Source: Stegostoma tigrinum (lineage: Eukaryota). From it: DNA of 64,000 bases. The notes beneath the pieces are model-generated. The model made no database searches and had not been told where the DNA came from. It saw only the letters and a program-made list of their open reading frames with translations. This document shows positions 37,224-51,174 of the stretch, in pieces (positions within the stretch are counted from its first letter, which is position 1; every line of letters begins with the position of its first letter). The translations under genes were made by a program, and so were the position numbers. The DNA lies in NCBI RefSeq assembly GCF_030684315.1, contig NC_081362.1, positions 14,254,589 through 14,318,588 on the forward strand, read 5' to 3'.

Positions 37224-38769
37224 TTATTTAATAAATTTGAAATCCTGAAAAAATATGTTTTAAATTTGGCCAAACTACAAAAAGGAAATAAGAATATGGG
37301 AGAGGATATTTAATACAGAGAAGTCTGAACAAAATTGGGAAAGGCAGTAGAAATAAATGATAGAGTTTTACCTCACCTCAATCTTTGTCTCTCTCTACAC
37401 TTATCTCCCCTGTCCATCCAACACTTCATTGCCCTACTTGATATCGTATCCACTATTTGGCTGCTCCCATTTACAATAGACAATAAATAAACTGTCTTTG
37501 TACTAACAGTATTAAGATAGTCAGGGTAATTGTAAATGGACAGCAAATATTTTGCTTGAAAATAGGATATTATCGCCACTCATTAGGGTAGCATGCCAAA
37601 AATCAAGCCCCGCTATTCCAGGTGTCATCACAAAAAGAATAAAACTCGCCAATTTACCTGCTTTCCAGACGTAGGTTGATATAAAGCATAGGCGAGGTTT
37701 CTCTACTTAACAAGAACTACTGTTTGTTACAAGTAATTTGACTCTTATTACAGGTAAACAGTTATAAACTTTGACATTTAACACTATTAATTAACCACAT
37801 ATTCTTACACAAGTAGATTAGAAAATAAAATATGGATAAAGTGAAAATGGGACAAGCCACTTTTTTTGTTTAGAAGATCTGTTGAGTTGATTCTTGCTGA
37901 TCAGAAGGTTTCTTCTCAGTTTTTCGTTTCCAACTGCTTCCACTAGGTTATAAAAGGCACAGGGTAGCTAGTTCATTTGTAAAAGATATCAATTAAATCA
38001 TAGCTTACAGTGATAGCTGAAAGAAACATAAGGTGGTTTTCCTTTAGGTTTAAAGTGGCTTAATGCAGAGAACAGGAACAGCTCACAAACTGAAGAAGAT
38101 CTGGACACTTCTCTGTATCTTGTTCCCAGCCCCAAGCTGTTGACAAACATGTAAACATACAAGCAGGCAAAAAGTTTTGTTATCAATACCTGGCCACTAG
38201 TCCATAGACCCACCAACTACTTGTTGCCACCCAAAGCTCCATCTGAATTCAGAACACCTTTTCCCAGCTTGTCTGCGCATAAACTTCAATTCCTACTTGT
38301 TCAAACATCTGTATGAACTATGCTTGACATAAATTACTTGCCTTTTAAAAAAAAATGCAGCAATCTTTGCAAAATTTTGTTTTTAAAAATTGTCCTTCCA
38401 CACTTCAGTCCACAGATTTAAATGCACACAAATTAAAAGACACAGATTACCATATTGAAATGGTAAAACTATCATACTTTTGATTTGATTTATTACAGTC
38501 ACATGTACCTAAGTACAGTGAAATGTTTCATTTTGCAAGCAGTACTGGCAGATCATAGCAAACAAGAACATACAGCTCATGGATGCTTAAACAGAGCAAG
38601 GCATACAAGGAATTTAGGTTTAAAAATACAGAATGGTTATAAGAAACATGACAATAACATCTGTTGCAGAAAGCTTGCAAAGAGTCACCCACTGTGTGCA
38701 CCATCTTGAGTACATGTAACAACGGAACAAGAATTGGAAGTTATACAGATTTCCAAATGGTGCATTTTT

Positions 38770-40600
38770 ATTTTTTGATATGTTCATCATGTGGTGTAAG
38801 CTTCACTGGTGAGGTCAACACTTATAGTCCATCCTGGAAGAATGCTGACTGTCTTCTTGAATCACTGTAGGGACACCTTCTGTGCTGTCAGGAAATGAAT
38901 TTCAGGATTCTACCCAACGACAAAGAAGGAAAAATAGTATAGTTCCAAGTCAGGATGTTGTGTGGCTTGGAGGAGAACTTGAAGTTTGTGGTGTTCCCAT
39001 GTTTCTGCTGTCTGTATCCTACTTAGTGGTAAATATTATAAGTTTGAAGTTGCTGATGAAGGATCTTGGTGAGTTATTGAAGTGCATCTTGTAGATGGTG
39101 TACGTTGCTCCATAGTACATAGGGGTTGAAGGAGAGAGTATGTTGAAAGTAGTGATTGGGTGACAATCAAATGGCTTGCTTTGTCCTAGATTGGAGGCGA
39201 TGGGCTAGTGGTATTATTGCTGTACTGTTAAGCCAGAGACCCAGACAACATTCTGGGGACCTGGGTTCGAATCCCACAGATGGCATATGGTGGAATTTGA
39301 ATTCAATAAAATATCTGTAATTAAGAATCTAATGATGACCATGAATCCATTGTCGATTGTCAGAAATACCCATCTGGTTCACCAATGTCCTTTAGAGAAG
39401 GAAACTACCATCCTTACCTGGTCTGGGCCTACATGTGACTCGAGACCCACAGCAATGCGGTTGACTCTTAACTGCCCTCTGGGCAATTAGAGATTGGCAA
39501 TGAATGCTGCCTAGCCAGCAACGCCCTCATCCCATGAATGAATAGAAGTGTCAAGCTTCCTGTGTTGTTGGAGCTGCACACATCCAGAAAAGGGGAGAAC
39601 AGTCCGTCACACTCCTGACTTGCACCTTGTAGATGGTGAACAGGTGTTGTAGATTTGGGAGGTGAATCGCTCACTGCAGAATTTCCAGCTTCAAGCTGCT
39701 GTTGGAGCCACAGTATTTACATGTTTCGTCCAATTCAGTTTCTGATCCACGGTAACCCTCAGTATGGTGCTCATGGAGAGATCAGTTCCAGTAATGACAT
39801 TGACTGTCAAGGGACAATGCTTAGATTCTCTTATTGAAAGCAGTCATTGCTTGGCCTTTGAGTGGTGTGAATGTTACGTGCTATGTGTCAGCCCAGGTTT
39901 GGATTTTACTAACGTCATGCTGCATATGGACTTGGGTTACTTTAGCATTTGAAAAGTCATGAATGGTGCTGAAAATTGTCCAATCATCGGCAGTTGAAAA
40001 TGGTTGGACTGAGGACACTACCCTCAGGAATTCCTGTGTAGGGATAGCCTTAGAGTAAGGTGGTTGAGCTCCAACACAACCACACCCCAACTTTCTTTGA
40101 GCTAGGTATGACTCCAACAAGTGCAAAGTTTTCGTCTAACTTCCTTTGATTACAGTTTTGCTAGGGCTTCTCAATGCTTTGGTCAAATGCTGCTACTGTC
40201 ACCATACTTCTGGAGTTCACTTCTTTTTTCCATGTTTTCATGAAGATTGTAATGAAGTCAGGAACTAAGTGGCCCTGGTGGAACCCCGGTATCAATGTGC
40301 AGTTCATTTCTTTTGCAAGTGCTACTTGGTAGCACTATAGGTGATCCCTCTTTCAATTGTTAGCTGATCTGGATAGAGTGATCATTGATCAGGTTGGATT
40401 TGACATTCTTTTTGCGGACAGCGTATATCTGGACAATTTCCTACAATGTCAGTTCAATGCTAGTGTTGTGGCTATACTTGAATAGCTTGAAAGCAGGGTG
40501 TATGGGGGTATTTCTGGAGCACAGGTCACCCATTCCGTTAGAATATTGTCAGGACCTGTAACTTCTACAGTATCCGATCCCATCAGCCATTTCATGGTGT
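38770..40600 (-). mobile_element. CR1/L2-group LINE family B fragment interrupted by a SINE
   Basis: Colinear with 25110-26045 and 52060-52750. Minus-strand peptide LESYLAQRK...ADDWTIFSTIHD...MQHDVSKIQTWAD. Confidence 0.75.
39192..39545 (+). mobile_element. tRNA-derived SINE sharing its 3' tail with LINE family B
   Basis: A box tgggctagtgg and B box ggttcgaatcc. Tail gccctcatcccatgaatgaataga. An older copy lies at about 47185-47480. Confidence 0.8.
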
Positions 40601-40791
40601 TGAAGAAGTAACATATAATAAATAAATGAAATTATAAGAAAGTGGAATTGAGGAAAATGTGACCAAATAGATAGATTTTCAGAGGCCATATATCAAAGAT
40701 ATTTCTGAGACTTGGAAGATGTCTGTTATTCCACAATGGTTTATGCTTGAATTACCATTTTAATGAATTGGGAAAGAAAGGAAGTAATTTT

Positions 40792-41252
40792 CAGGCTTGG
40801 GATCCGTTATCCCTAAGCCCAAAACAACCTAAAACAGTTACAGAGATAGTAGGAACTGCCGATGCTGGAGAATCTGAGACAAGAAGGTGTAGAGCTGACT
40901 GAACACAGCATCTAGGCCAAGCAGCATCAGAAGAGCAAGAAAGCTGATGTTTTGGGTCTAGACCCTTCTTCAGAACAAACAAACAAAATCAGTGAGAATT
41001 CTGGCCTCTGACCTTTTGGGGGGGAGAAAAGTTACACTTGGCCGAAATGGACCTGAAAGTAACTTTACATTCCCCAAAGGGCTGAACCCACCATGTCTAC
41101 TAGCTCATTTGGGTCCTTTGAAGAAACAACTTTTTTGGGTCAGTTCAGTTTAAGTGCATTTTTCTCCCAAAAGGATGCAAGTGGATCTGAAAATATCTTC
41201 TATCCAAAAACCAGTTAGCCCCAAGGTTTTTGGATAAAGGATACCCAACTTG
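40792..41252. mobile_element. Tigger/pogo-like non-autonomous DNA transposon interrupted by a solo PLE terminus (about 40841-40975, minus)
   Basis: TIRs caggcttgggatccgttatcc and ggataaaggatacccaacttg followed by TA resemble the Tigger4/MER46-type terminus CAGGTTGAGTATCCCTTATCC. The insert matches the family A terminus. Confidence 0.65.
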
Positions 41253-41689
41253 TAATGGAAGTGGAAATAGATGGGTATAATGATGATCAGGATGTAGAAA
41301 GTATTTTCTCCAAGCTGCACAGCATGCTGATGCATTGACTTCTGGGTTCACAAGTTGATGCCATATACAGACCTTGAAGTTCCACTCACTGAGGAAAGGA
41401 TAGAGTATTGGGCTGAGTCAGAAACTTGGCACAGGACAAATGCACAGCAAGATTGTGAACAATTTGCTTCAACTTCACAAATATCAGAGACATAAAATCA
41501 GTCATTAGACAACCACGTTAAAGGCCAGGAGCAAGGACAAGGGCTCCACATTTCCCAATATTTGTTCAAAAGAAACAACTACTACTCCAGTAGTAGATGT
41601 CAGGCAGTCAGTCTGATAATTGACTTACATCACAGGAGCTGAGTGATGCAGTAAAAATGTATATTGTCACTGTATAAGTGCAGTAAATG

Positions 41690-42240
41690 TGTTTCAGATG
41701 AGGCCACAAAGGCGCAAGTGAGAAGCCTTTGAGCCTTGAAGAGAAGCCAATACAGAATAAATAAAAATGAAACCAACTGAGCGCAGTCCCACACAGCTTG
41801 AGGAGAACCACCGGAGGAGGTGGTCAATCTTGTCAAAACAAACTGGTTTTCCTACAGTCATGGTCACATGAAATGTCACTTGTGACTACGATGAGCATTT
41901 TGGTGTTGAGACGGGGACAGAAACCTACTTGCAGAGATAAAATATAAAGTTCTGGGAAAGATGGGCATTTGGAAGTATTGACATATTCAAGGAAGGGAAT
42001 TTGGTTAAGACAGTAGCATTTGGGTCTCAGAGAAAATGAACCTGGATGGAGAGCACATCAGAAAAGAAACTGAAAATGTTTGGGGTTAAGGCAGACAGGT
42101 GCCTTAGGGGAATTGTGGCTTGGTGGGATAGAGGAAAGATGGTCTTGACTTTAATGACAAGCAAGTTCATCAGCTGTTTACAATTACTGTTAGAGTTGCA
42201 AAGGAGAGGTGCTAAAGAAGATCATTTGCAGTGAAGAAAG
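41690..42240 (-). mobile_element. Degraded L2-clade LINE RT fragment
   Basis: Minus-strand FDKIDHLL...LCGTALSWFHFYL matches the L2 RT motif AFDTIDH.ILL..L...GTALSWF.SYL. Confidence 0.6.
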
Positions 42241-45200
42241 TGGTGCATTAGCTGTCATCCAATGGGAGTGCTGGCAGATTTTTGCAACAATCAAGTCTTC
42301 AGACCTAGGTAGATCATAACAAAGTCAATTTCTTCAGGCTTCTGTCACATACATGTGGGAGAGGTCTCTGTCTAGTTCAGATGCTGCCATTTACAGCTCA
42401 AAATAACATGTTTATACTTTCTTTGCATTACAATGCATAATTTATACCAGTCATCTTTTTGTCATTTCCTAATTGCAGTTTTCACACTTCCACCAGACCC
42501 TCTGTCTCCCTTACAAGGCTACTCTGCTTTTATCAACTGTTTTCACCACCTGTCCTCTGCATCCTACATTCCTACACATAGCTGACTGCATTGTGCAGTG
42601 TTCATGACCTGTGGTCCAGAGGATATGTACAATGGTCATCTTGCCCAACACAAATACCAGCTCTTTGATCAATTAACTGCTGATTGTTCCCTTTCTTGGT
42701 TTCTGGTTTAAATTGCCCACGCTACACTAACTTTCCTTCTCTGGATGTTTTTAATTCTGAACTGTACTCCATACTACTTGTCCAAGCTTAGTTACTACTG
42801 TGTACTATGTTTCACAGTATTTTGTTCCTTTCCTTGTATTTTTCCTTTTTATGCTCGCCTATCCTCCTTAACTTTCTGAGAAGCCCTTAATCATATTCTA
42901 AATTGTATTCAACACATAGATTTAATATCATAGATGCCAAATTCTAATTTTTAATGTGCATTTTTTAAAATGTTTTCAGATTACATTCTGTCTTTACTTG
43001 CACCATTGACTTCAGGTTATTGAATAAATCAACTTTGGTTTTTACTAAGTACAATAATTAGGTATTCCAGGATTCATTTGATGTTTTATAGAACATTTTT
43101 TTGCTGTGTACCGGTTCATTTTGGATCCATTATCAATGCACCCATTAGTTTTAAATATACCAAACTTAACAGGTCTCACACAATAACATAGCCGTAATGT
43201 GCCCATGGTTTGACCTTTGCACTAACTTAAGATGTTGCAAATGCTCTTATTACTGAAAATTTTCATTGCAAGCTCCATGACTTGTTCAGTAAAAGCATTT
43301 AATCACATCTGATGAACTGAAACTAAAGCATCTTTGCAGCATGTGCGAACTGAAAATATATTCTCTGATGAGATCTTGAGACACATGTGAGGCAAAAAAT
43401 ATGTGGAGGTAAACCAGCAAAGATAGCAAACCCAGTCAAATTTTAAGAAATACAGTAAGTTAATTGGCACGCTTTTGATGGTGATTCTCACTTGAAACTA
43501 TTTTTTCCTACTGATGGTGATCAACTTGCTGTGTACTTGCAGTACTTTCTGTGGATAGAATAAAATATCACGATTCTACAGTTTATTGTAATTTTATGAC
43601 ATGTTAGTTTCTGTTCAATTTTTTGAAAGGTTTTACCTCTTACTATTTTACAAATAACAGTCCGGATGTTTAATATAAGTATATACACAGGTTTATTCAA
43701 CTTAAGGTAAGGATAATAAAAAATATATTTATCTAACCCCCACCACCTAATGTGGTGTAACAAAGCGGCTGAGTAATTAGAGTTTGTACAAGGCAGGCTG
43801 CAGGTGGAATTATGATATCTTATGAAAGGAAGCATTTATCAGTTTGTGGTTATCATTTGTCTATTGTGCAGCTGTTGCCCTAACAGTCACTCATTTTTTT
43901 GGATCACAGAGTGTTTCAAGGTTGATTGCATGGCATGAGTAGCCAGAAGGGAAGTTTGACTGTTGGAATGTGCAAATATAAAAGGCTGATGGAATGTTGT
44001 GGGCGGTTAGAACTAACTAGGTGTGGCTGTACTACATACGCTTGCTTGTATGTGCCACATGCTTCGAAGTGCAATCAGTCTCTTTTTTTGTGAAGGATCT
44101 TGCATAGAAGTTGCTTGTGCTTGCCTGGTGGGGGTGAATCTGTGTTCTTCACACCATCTGCCAATCTATTAATGGCAGGACCTAACAGGCCAAAAACAGC
44201 AGAGTGAAGTTGGTCAGTGCTTTTGCACTGAATAACAAATAGATGCTCAGTGTAATGGATCAAAAGAAAATCGTAAAACTTTGAACCCTAATCTTTAGGA
44301 TATGGATTAGTGCAGTCAAGAGTTTGTAGTCTGCACTGTGGGTTGTACTTCAGTGAGCATGCACAGTAAATAGCATTAATGAAGCTTTGTTCTCTTGATT
44401 CCTCTGTAGTGATTAAGGTGCACTGCATCCGAGCTGTGTTTTAATTTTTCTTATGAATTATATTGCAAGGTGTGACAATTATTATTCATTAATTTAACCT
44501 CAGATTCAATGAACACCTCTGGAACTTTGTGACAAATTTGAACAATACGACAAATCTATGGATTACAATTCAGGTGTTTGCTGGATGGCACAAACAGCAA
44601 GATAATAGAGATCTTTATGTCACTGCAGCACCTGGTAATCTTCCAGTTTAGAGCTTGTGTGCAAAAATTGATATGAAAATGCATGTTCCATGTTTTCTCA
44701 TTCACAAACAGTTCTGTCAAAATCACTTTTCCAAAAAATAGTACTAATTATTGAATATATTTGCATGGAAATATAAACATATTCATTCTGTGCTGTATTC
44801 TCCATCAGAGAGTTTCAAAGGTTATCAATTACATAGGACTTTTTAACACCAAACAATAATGGTTGAGGAATGTTGACCGGAAATAAGGCAAAGACATAGT
44901 TTTTTGACAAGATTTCTGAAGGAATGGAGAGAAATTGCCACAGAAAAGCACAGACTTACTGACCTGTGGACAAAGTAGGCTGAAGACTGTGCATTTGAAA
45001 CAGGAATAAAAAGAAATGTGCTTACAGGCAGGTATGGTTTGGAGTTGAACAGTATTACAGAAGTGCAGAGGTGTGAGACAAAGGTAAGAATTGGAATTTG
45101 ATACAAAGTAGATACGATGTCATTGATGGTGAACAATCTGTAGATGAATTTTGGATTGGAACAAAATTATCTTGGGAGAGATAATGAAGATTTACAAAAT

Positions 45201-45829
45201 TTAAGGATAGGAGTCAGCTTAAAAGTTAATTTTGATCATTGAGGTGGAGAAATCTGAGAGTCATTCACATTTGGTGTTTCAGACTGAGTGAAAGATGTTG
45301 GAGGAAGACTTTATTGTTAGGAATAGAAACCTGGGATTATCATTGCCTACCTCCTGCTCCACCTGTTCCAAGAATAGTTTATAAATCTTCATGAGGAAAG
45401 CTAAGCAGCACATTTCTTTAGACAATTGACACATGTAGTCAACTGTGAGTCAAATGCTCTTAAATATACAGCCATCCACTACAATGTAGAGAAGCCAGAA
45501 ATGTTCTGAGGAAAATTTTGGGGATTGGAGATCTTGAGAGGCCTGGAAAGAAAGGACAATGAAGTATTAACCTTCTGAGTGCAGTAGATTTTCAGAATAC
45601 CAGAAGAAGGGAATTTGGGAGCTTGAAAGGATATTAATTACCGCATTCATTCTTTGCAAGACCAAAAGCTGATTTGAAATATGTGATAAAGAATAAATAG
45701 CTCATGTACTCTGAGAGGCACAGCATAGAGCACAGAGATTATAGAGGTATTTCCCAAAGCAAGTAAACTATCTTTGGCAGCAAAATTGTCCAGAACACTG
45801 TTCGAGAAAGCCCATACTGGTGCAGACAT

Positions 45830-46400
45830 TTCTGCCCTTTGTGCCTGCTCTGCTGTTTGATTAAATCATGTTGATCTGATTGAGGCCCAACTCCAGTTCC
45901 AACCTACCCTGTTAAACTGTGACTCGCTTGTGCTTCAAGAATGCTGCTGCCTTAATATTCAATGTCTGTGCCTCCATCACTCCCTGGGAAAGAGTTCCAA
46001 AGATCCACCATACTCTGAGAAAAAAATTATTCATTTCATTTCCATCTTAAATGGATGACCTGTTATTTTTAAACTGTATCCCTGACTCCAGTCATTGGCA
46101 CAAAAATCACAGGATATATCTACCCTGTCAAGCCCTGTTAGAATCTTCAGTTTCGATTAGATCAATTCTCATTTTTCCAAACTTCAGTGGATTTAGGCCC
46201 ACTAGTTCTGCCTATCCTGATAAGACTTGTGTAATGCTCTCTAATTCTAGGACCATTATTTAACTGCATCTAGTATATTTATATATTTTCTTAAATAGGA
46301 GACCAAAACTGTGCACAGCACTCTAGATGTCTCACAAATGTCCTGCACAACTTTAGCAAAACATTCCTACTTTTATAGTTCATTCTGTTTGAAATAAATA
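45830..46400 (-). mobile_element. Old CR1 3' fragment
   Basis: Homologous to 2625-3190 and 55110-55680 (gagttccaaagatccacc; gagaccaaaactgtgcacagcactctag). Confidence 0.6.
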
Positions 46401-46459
46401 ACAGGTGAATAGAGCTCAATCATTGTAAATATCTAGAAAGCAGGACATTATCTTTTTCA

Positions 46460-46930
46460 TTTATTCTTTCATCATTGGCAAGATCAACATTTATTGCCCA
46501 TCCCTAACTGTCTTTGAGAGGCTGTTGGGGAGCTCCCACCTTGAACCGCTAAGTGTAGATACGCCCATTCTACTGTCAGTATGCCTACAGTGCTGTTGGG
46601 AAGGGAGTGTCAGGATTTTTGAACCAGCAAGAGTAAAAAACCAGCAATCTAGTTCCAAGTGAAAACGGTGCATGGTTTGAAGGAATCTTGATGCCAGTGG
46701 TGGTGGTCCTACACAACTTCTGTCTTTTTCATCCGAGTTGCCAGAGATTGTTGAAAGAGCCTTGTTGACTTGCTGGAGTGCATGTTGTAGATGGTGTACA
46801 CTTCTGCCACTGTATGTTGGTGAGGAGTGAATGTTGAAGTGTGAATTAAATGAGTTCCTTTGTCCTAAAATGGTGTCAAACCTTTTTGAGTGTTGTTGGA
46901 ACTGAACTGATTGAGCCATGTGGAGAGTGT
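46460..46930 (-). mobile_element. LINE family B 3' fragment
   Basis: tttattgcccatccctaactg...ccttgaaccgc is the inverted 3' end seen at 28-178. Confidence 0.65.
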
Positions 46931-47824
46931 TCAAACTGTGTCAGGTGAGAGATAACTAGATGCAACCATCATTTAATCAACTGCAGGTCTATCACCCTGT
47001 ATGATTGTCCTTTATCTACATCTGTTCAGTCAAAATGATTCAGTCAGCCTCCAGTGTGTTGTCAAATGTGTACTTTTCATTAGTAGAAATTGATGTAAAA
47101 TTGTTGTACCTATTGACCAAAATAAGCAGAGCACAACAAAGTTTTATGTTATGCAGTTATAGCCACAATTAAAGGTGGTGTGAGAGATATGGTGGTGTAG
47201 ATGTTATATGACTAGACTAGTAATCCAGCATTGTTGATTATTAATTTAAAGAGAGGAAGTTCAATTCAAACTTTAGTTTGAGAATTTTGGATCACTTTTC
47301 TTGAAATATTTAGAAATGAAATGCAGCAATATAACAAGATGATGTTGAATTATTATCAAAACACAACTGGAGCCATTAATACCCTTCCAGAAAGGAAACC
47401 TGCTGATCTGGCCCATATCTGACACTAAACCACAAGCATTACCCAAAGGATGGGTTACAATTTTTCCATTTAGTAGGTCTGCAACCATAAGAATGACATA
47501 AAGTTACCTGCAACTGCAGCAATGGTTAAGCAGGTTTATGCAGTCTGTCCCATTTGAGACCTGATGTATGATTTCAGTTTGGCAGCAGTGGGGCTACTCA
47601 AGGCTCATGATTTATGTTCTGATTATCCTCACAGATGATAATACTCGACAAATCAGATCTCAGAGTGAAACTTGGTTTGATAGGTCATAGGTTTTTGCTG
47701 TGTCACTCATGCTGGTTAGTCATATTCACATGAGACTACAAATGTTCGTTTTCAAAAGATACAAATTATGACATGAAAAGAGAAGACAAACAAAGCCACC
47801 TATGTCAATCAGACAATTTAAAAA

Positions 47825-48075
47825 GGCCATAAGATATATGAACAGAATTAGGCTGGTTGTTCCATCACATTTGCTCTGCCATTTAACCATAGTTAATACG
47901 TTTTTCCCCCATTCTCCTGCCTCCTGCCAGTAACCCTTGATGCACTTTGATCCCCTTACTCATCAAGAATTATCTATCTCTGTCTTAAGTGTATTCAATG
48001 ACTTTGACTTCATAGTCCTCTGTGTCAGTGAGTTCCACTGATTAACTACCCTCTAGCTGAAGACATTCCCCCTCA
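47825..48075 (-). mobile_element. CR1 3' tail fragment
   Basis: Matches 2625-2860 (cataagatata...ccccttactcatcaagaa...gagttccac). Confidence 0.65.
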
Positions 48076-48579
48076 GACCCAGGATCGTCCTTGTGTAGCA
48101 GAGTTAGAGATTTGCAGAGATTAAGATCCACAGCAACAAAGGTACATCCTAAGTCCCAGGACAATGGGACTTCTCACAGACAGGAAGTTCCGACTTTTAA
48201 TTAAGCACAATAAACTGTAAATTAACAGCAGGTGCATTCCCAAATACTTGCATCTGAAACAAGTTTCTGAGTTGAAGTTAACTTAAAACCTTCTATGTAT
48301 CTTTGGTGGAACTTCTAACTTGAAAGTTTTGAAAATCTCAATGATTAGTGTCTGGAGACATCACGTGATTGCCACTGCCTGATGTCAACAGATATTCCGA
48401 GCTGCTCATCTGTACATGTTCACATTCTTACTGACACCACTATGCTATAGAAGGCTGTTTTCTTATGATATCATGGATTGAAAAAAATCGCACATGTGAA
48501 GTACAAGGCATCTGCAGTGTACACATGCACAGGAGAAACTTCTGATTGACTTCAGGAATGAGTGTTTTCTCATTTCTTA

Positions 48580-48712
48580 TTGTGGGAGTTTACTGTGCAC
48601 AAACTGGCTGCCACATTTCCTACTTTGCAATAATAACATTTCTCAAGTATTTAAATAACCATGAAACTCTGAGATATGCATTAGTCATGAAAAGCAAAAC
48701 ATAAATGCAGAA
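48580..48712 (+). mobile_element. DeuSINE (SacSINE/AmnSINE-like) remnant
   Basis: gtgggagtttactgtgcacaaactggctgccacatttcctac resembles the Deu-domain GTGGGATCTTGCTGTGCGCAAATTGGCTGCCGCGTTTCCTAC (recalled consensus). Tail ataaatgcag. Confidence 0.55.
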
Positions 48713-51042
48713 TTCATTTTGTTGAAAGGTACAGCAGTGGTTTGGATCTGAACCAAGTGTGTTTAAGACTGCCATCTGGCCAGCCACAAACTTCTGAGTC
48801 TGGGGCTGGCTGGCTGTCTGAAAGCCAGGGCCTGGGGCATGGCTGGCTGGAAATTGGAGTGCAGTGCCAGGTTGGATGAGTGAACAGCTGGTAAAGGGGC
48901 TTGGTCCACTCTAGTGGGGTCCTGGGACCTGACCAATTTGAAATTGGTCCAGGGGCAAACCTCCAATTCCCTCCAACCAAGTTATATGAGTGTGAATTGG
49001 AATGTGAGAATCGTTCTCAAATTACTGCAACAAAATTGTAAGGAGACTTGTTGTATGATACACCCTGACAGTTTCAGACCTCAGGAGTCAATATACTTCC
49101 TTCACTCAAGGCTGCCTCCATAATTGCTTGCCACTGATTTGTTTGTATTGCTCTTAAGTTAGACATGCATTGACATTACTGTCAACGAGAAGAATTTTTG
49201 TAGCATTAGCCACAATATTGTTTTGTTGCATTTGCTTTGCATATTACCTCTCACTGCTATGCAGAGATAACACAAGTTTCTACATATATAACTTTTATTT
49301 ACAGTGCTTTCAAATGTCTGTTCCATATTGACTGTTGCAGTTTTTAGCACCTTTACAGTTTACTTGTCCTGTTGAGCATGAATCATATAGCACACCTTTC
49401 CAAACTTTCAACCATAGATACCAAACCATGCAGAGGAGCATAGAAACAGGAGTAAGCCATTTCGCCCTTCGATATACTAGCTGATCGTCTACCTCAACAC
49501 TTATATCCCACACAAAGAAGTTTACTTGAGTCCGTACCCAGATTTAACTAAACAATCACAATGACAAGGAAAATTGAACAACATTCAGTGAAAACACAAT
49601 GTAATCAAGTAGCAAAGTGCTACTTGGAGGCACACAGACAGGGCTATGAAGTGCAGAAGAAACCTTTTCTTTATTGCAGCATGCAATAGTTAAATGTACA
49701 TTTATTTATTTATTTTAGCCTGCTTTAAATGAGAGAAAGATAAGAATGCTACTTTTTGAGGCAACCTGGAATTCAGTTGAGTTAAAAAGGAGTGTTTTGC
49801 GTAACAATAAGCTAAAGGTTTATACAAATGTGTGCAGTCTTATAAGAGAGCTGGATCATTAATCTGACTAGATGACTTTCCAGCTGTATTTTTCCAGTAG
49901 TATTTTTCCATGGTGGATATCATCTGGCACATTATTTCTGCACTGAGAATTCTGTGTTAGTTATCACTAACTGCAGGCTACACTGCTGTATCATAGTGAA
50001 ACAAACTTTTAGTTTAGAAATTATTTCTTTGGGTTTTTATGAACAAACCACAAAATAGTAATTTAGGCACAATTATAGATACAAATGAATAATAGGCAAT
50101 TCTTGTAGTGTCCAAGACTGAAGATGGATATGAAAGTTTTATTTTTCTGTTTACCTCCTAGGCATCAGTTCTTGGCTCAGTACAAATTCATGTCCACATT
50201 TATTTAATCACCATTTCAATTGAGATTCATCCCCTACCTGCATTTTTAGCAGCTTTCAAACTTTCTTCCCAAGTTGAAATCCCAAGACAGTCATCTTATC
50301 ACAGTCTAAAGTATCTTTTAAGGCGATTGTCAAGTCTGGCCAGACAGCTTTTGTGTTTTCCGAAAGAATTCCCATCCTAATCTGAGGAACAGACAGTAGC
50401 TGGGATTCTTGTACCAAAACCAAGTAGATCACCTTTATAAATAAACCTAGCAGGATTGTTATGAGCCTCTCACAGCTCAGAGAACATCATATCCAAACTT
50501 GAGATTGGACTTTTTTGTTTCATACTATGATGGACAGCACCTGTATGTAGTTGGTAATCGTGGGCCATGTGCAGGCAGGTGAAACTAGTTTATTTTGGGA
50601 TTACAGTTGGCATGGACTGGTTGGACTAAAGGATCTGTTTCCATGCTGTATGACTCTGTGACAGAAAACTTTTTGTTGGAGTCATCATAACCCAGCAGTT
50701 CCAGTAACTCTGAAAACCAAAGTCATCACGAAAAGAGAAGCTTTGAATTAAAAGCTCTTCTTTCTTTCTAAAATGTCAAATATTTAATTCACCTAACTAG
50801 TTTTTTTTTGTCTTGCATAGTATGTTCTGTTAAATGCAGGTATTTCAGAGTAGTATTATCAAACGAAGTCTGGAACAAAGCCACAAAGGAGATATTAATA
50901 CATTACCAAAAGTTTGGACAGAGAGGATGGTTTTAAACAATTTCTTAAAGCATGAGAGAGGGTAGATGGCTTGCAGAAAGGAGTTCAAGATTTTCAGGGC
51001 CCTTGCAATTTCAGGCATGATGACCAGTGATGGAACAATTCA

Positions 51043-51174
51043 GAGATAATGGGAACTGCAGATGCTGGAGAATTCCAAGATAATAAAATGTGAGGCTGGA
51101 TGACCACAGCAGGCCAAGCAGCATCTCAGGAGCACAAAAGCTGACGTTTCGGGCCTAGACCCTTCATCAGAGAG
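51043..51174 (-). mobile_element. Solo 132-bp PLE family A terminus with a 12-bp TSD
   Basis: Near-identical to 11652-11783 inverted. TSD tggaacaattca at 51031-51042 and 51175-51186. Confidence 0.93.

Noticed and set aside
44504-44634. Open frame between cag and gtaatc (FNEHLWNFVTNLNNTTNLW...)
   Set aside because: Poor polypyrimidine tract, weak donor and no recognisable homology.
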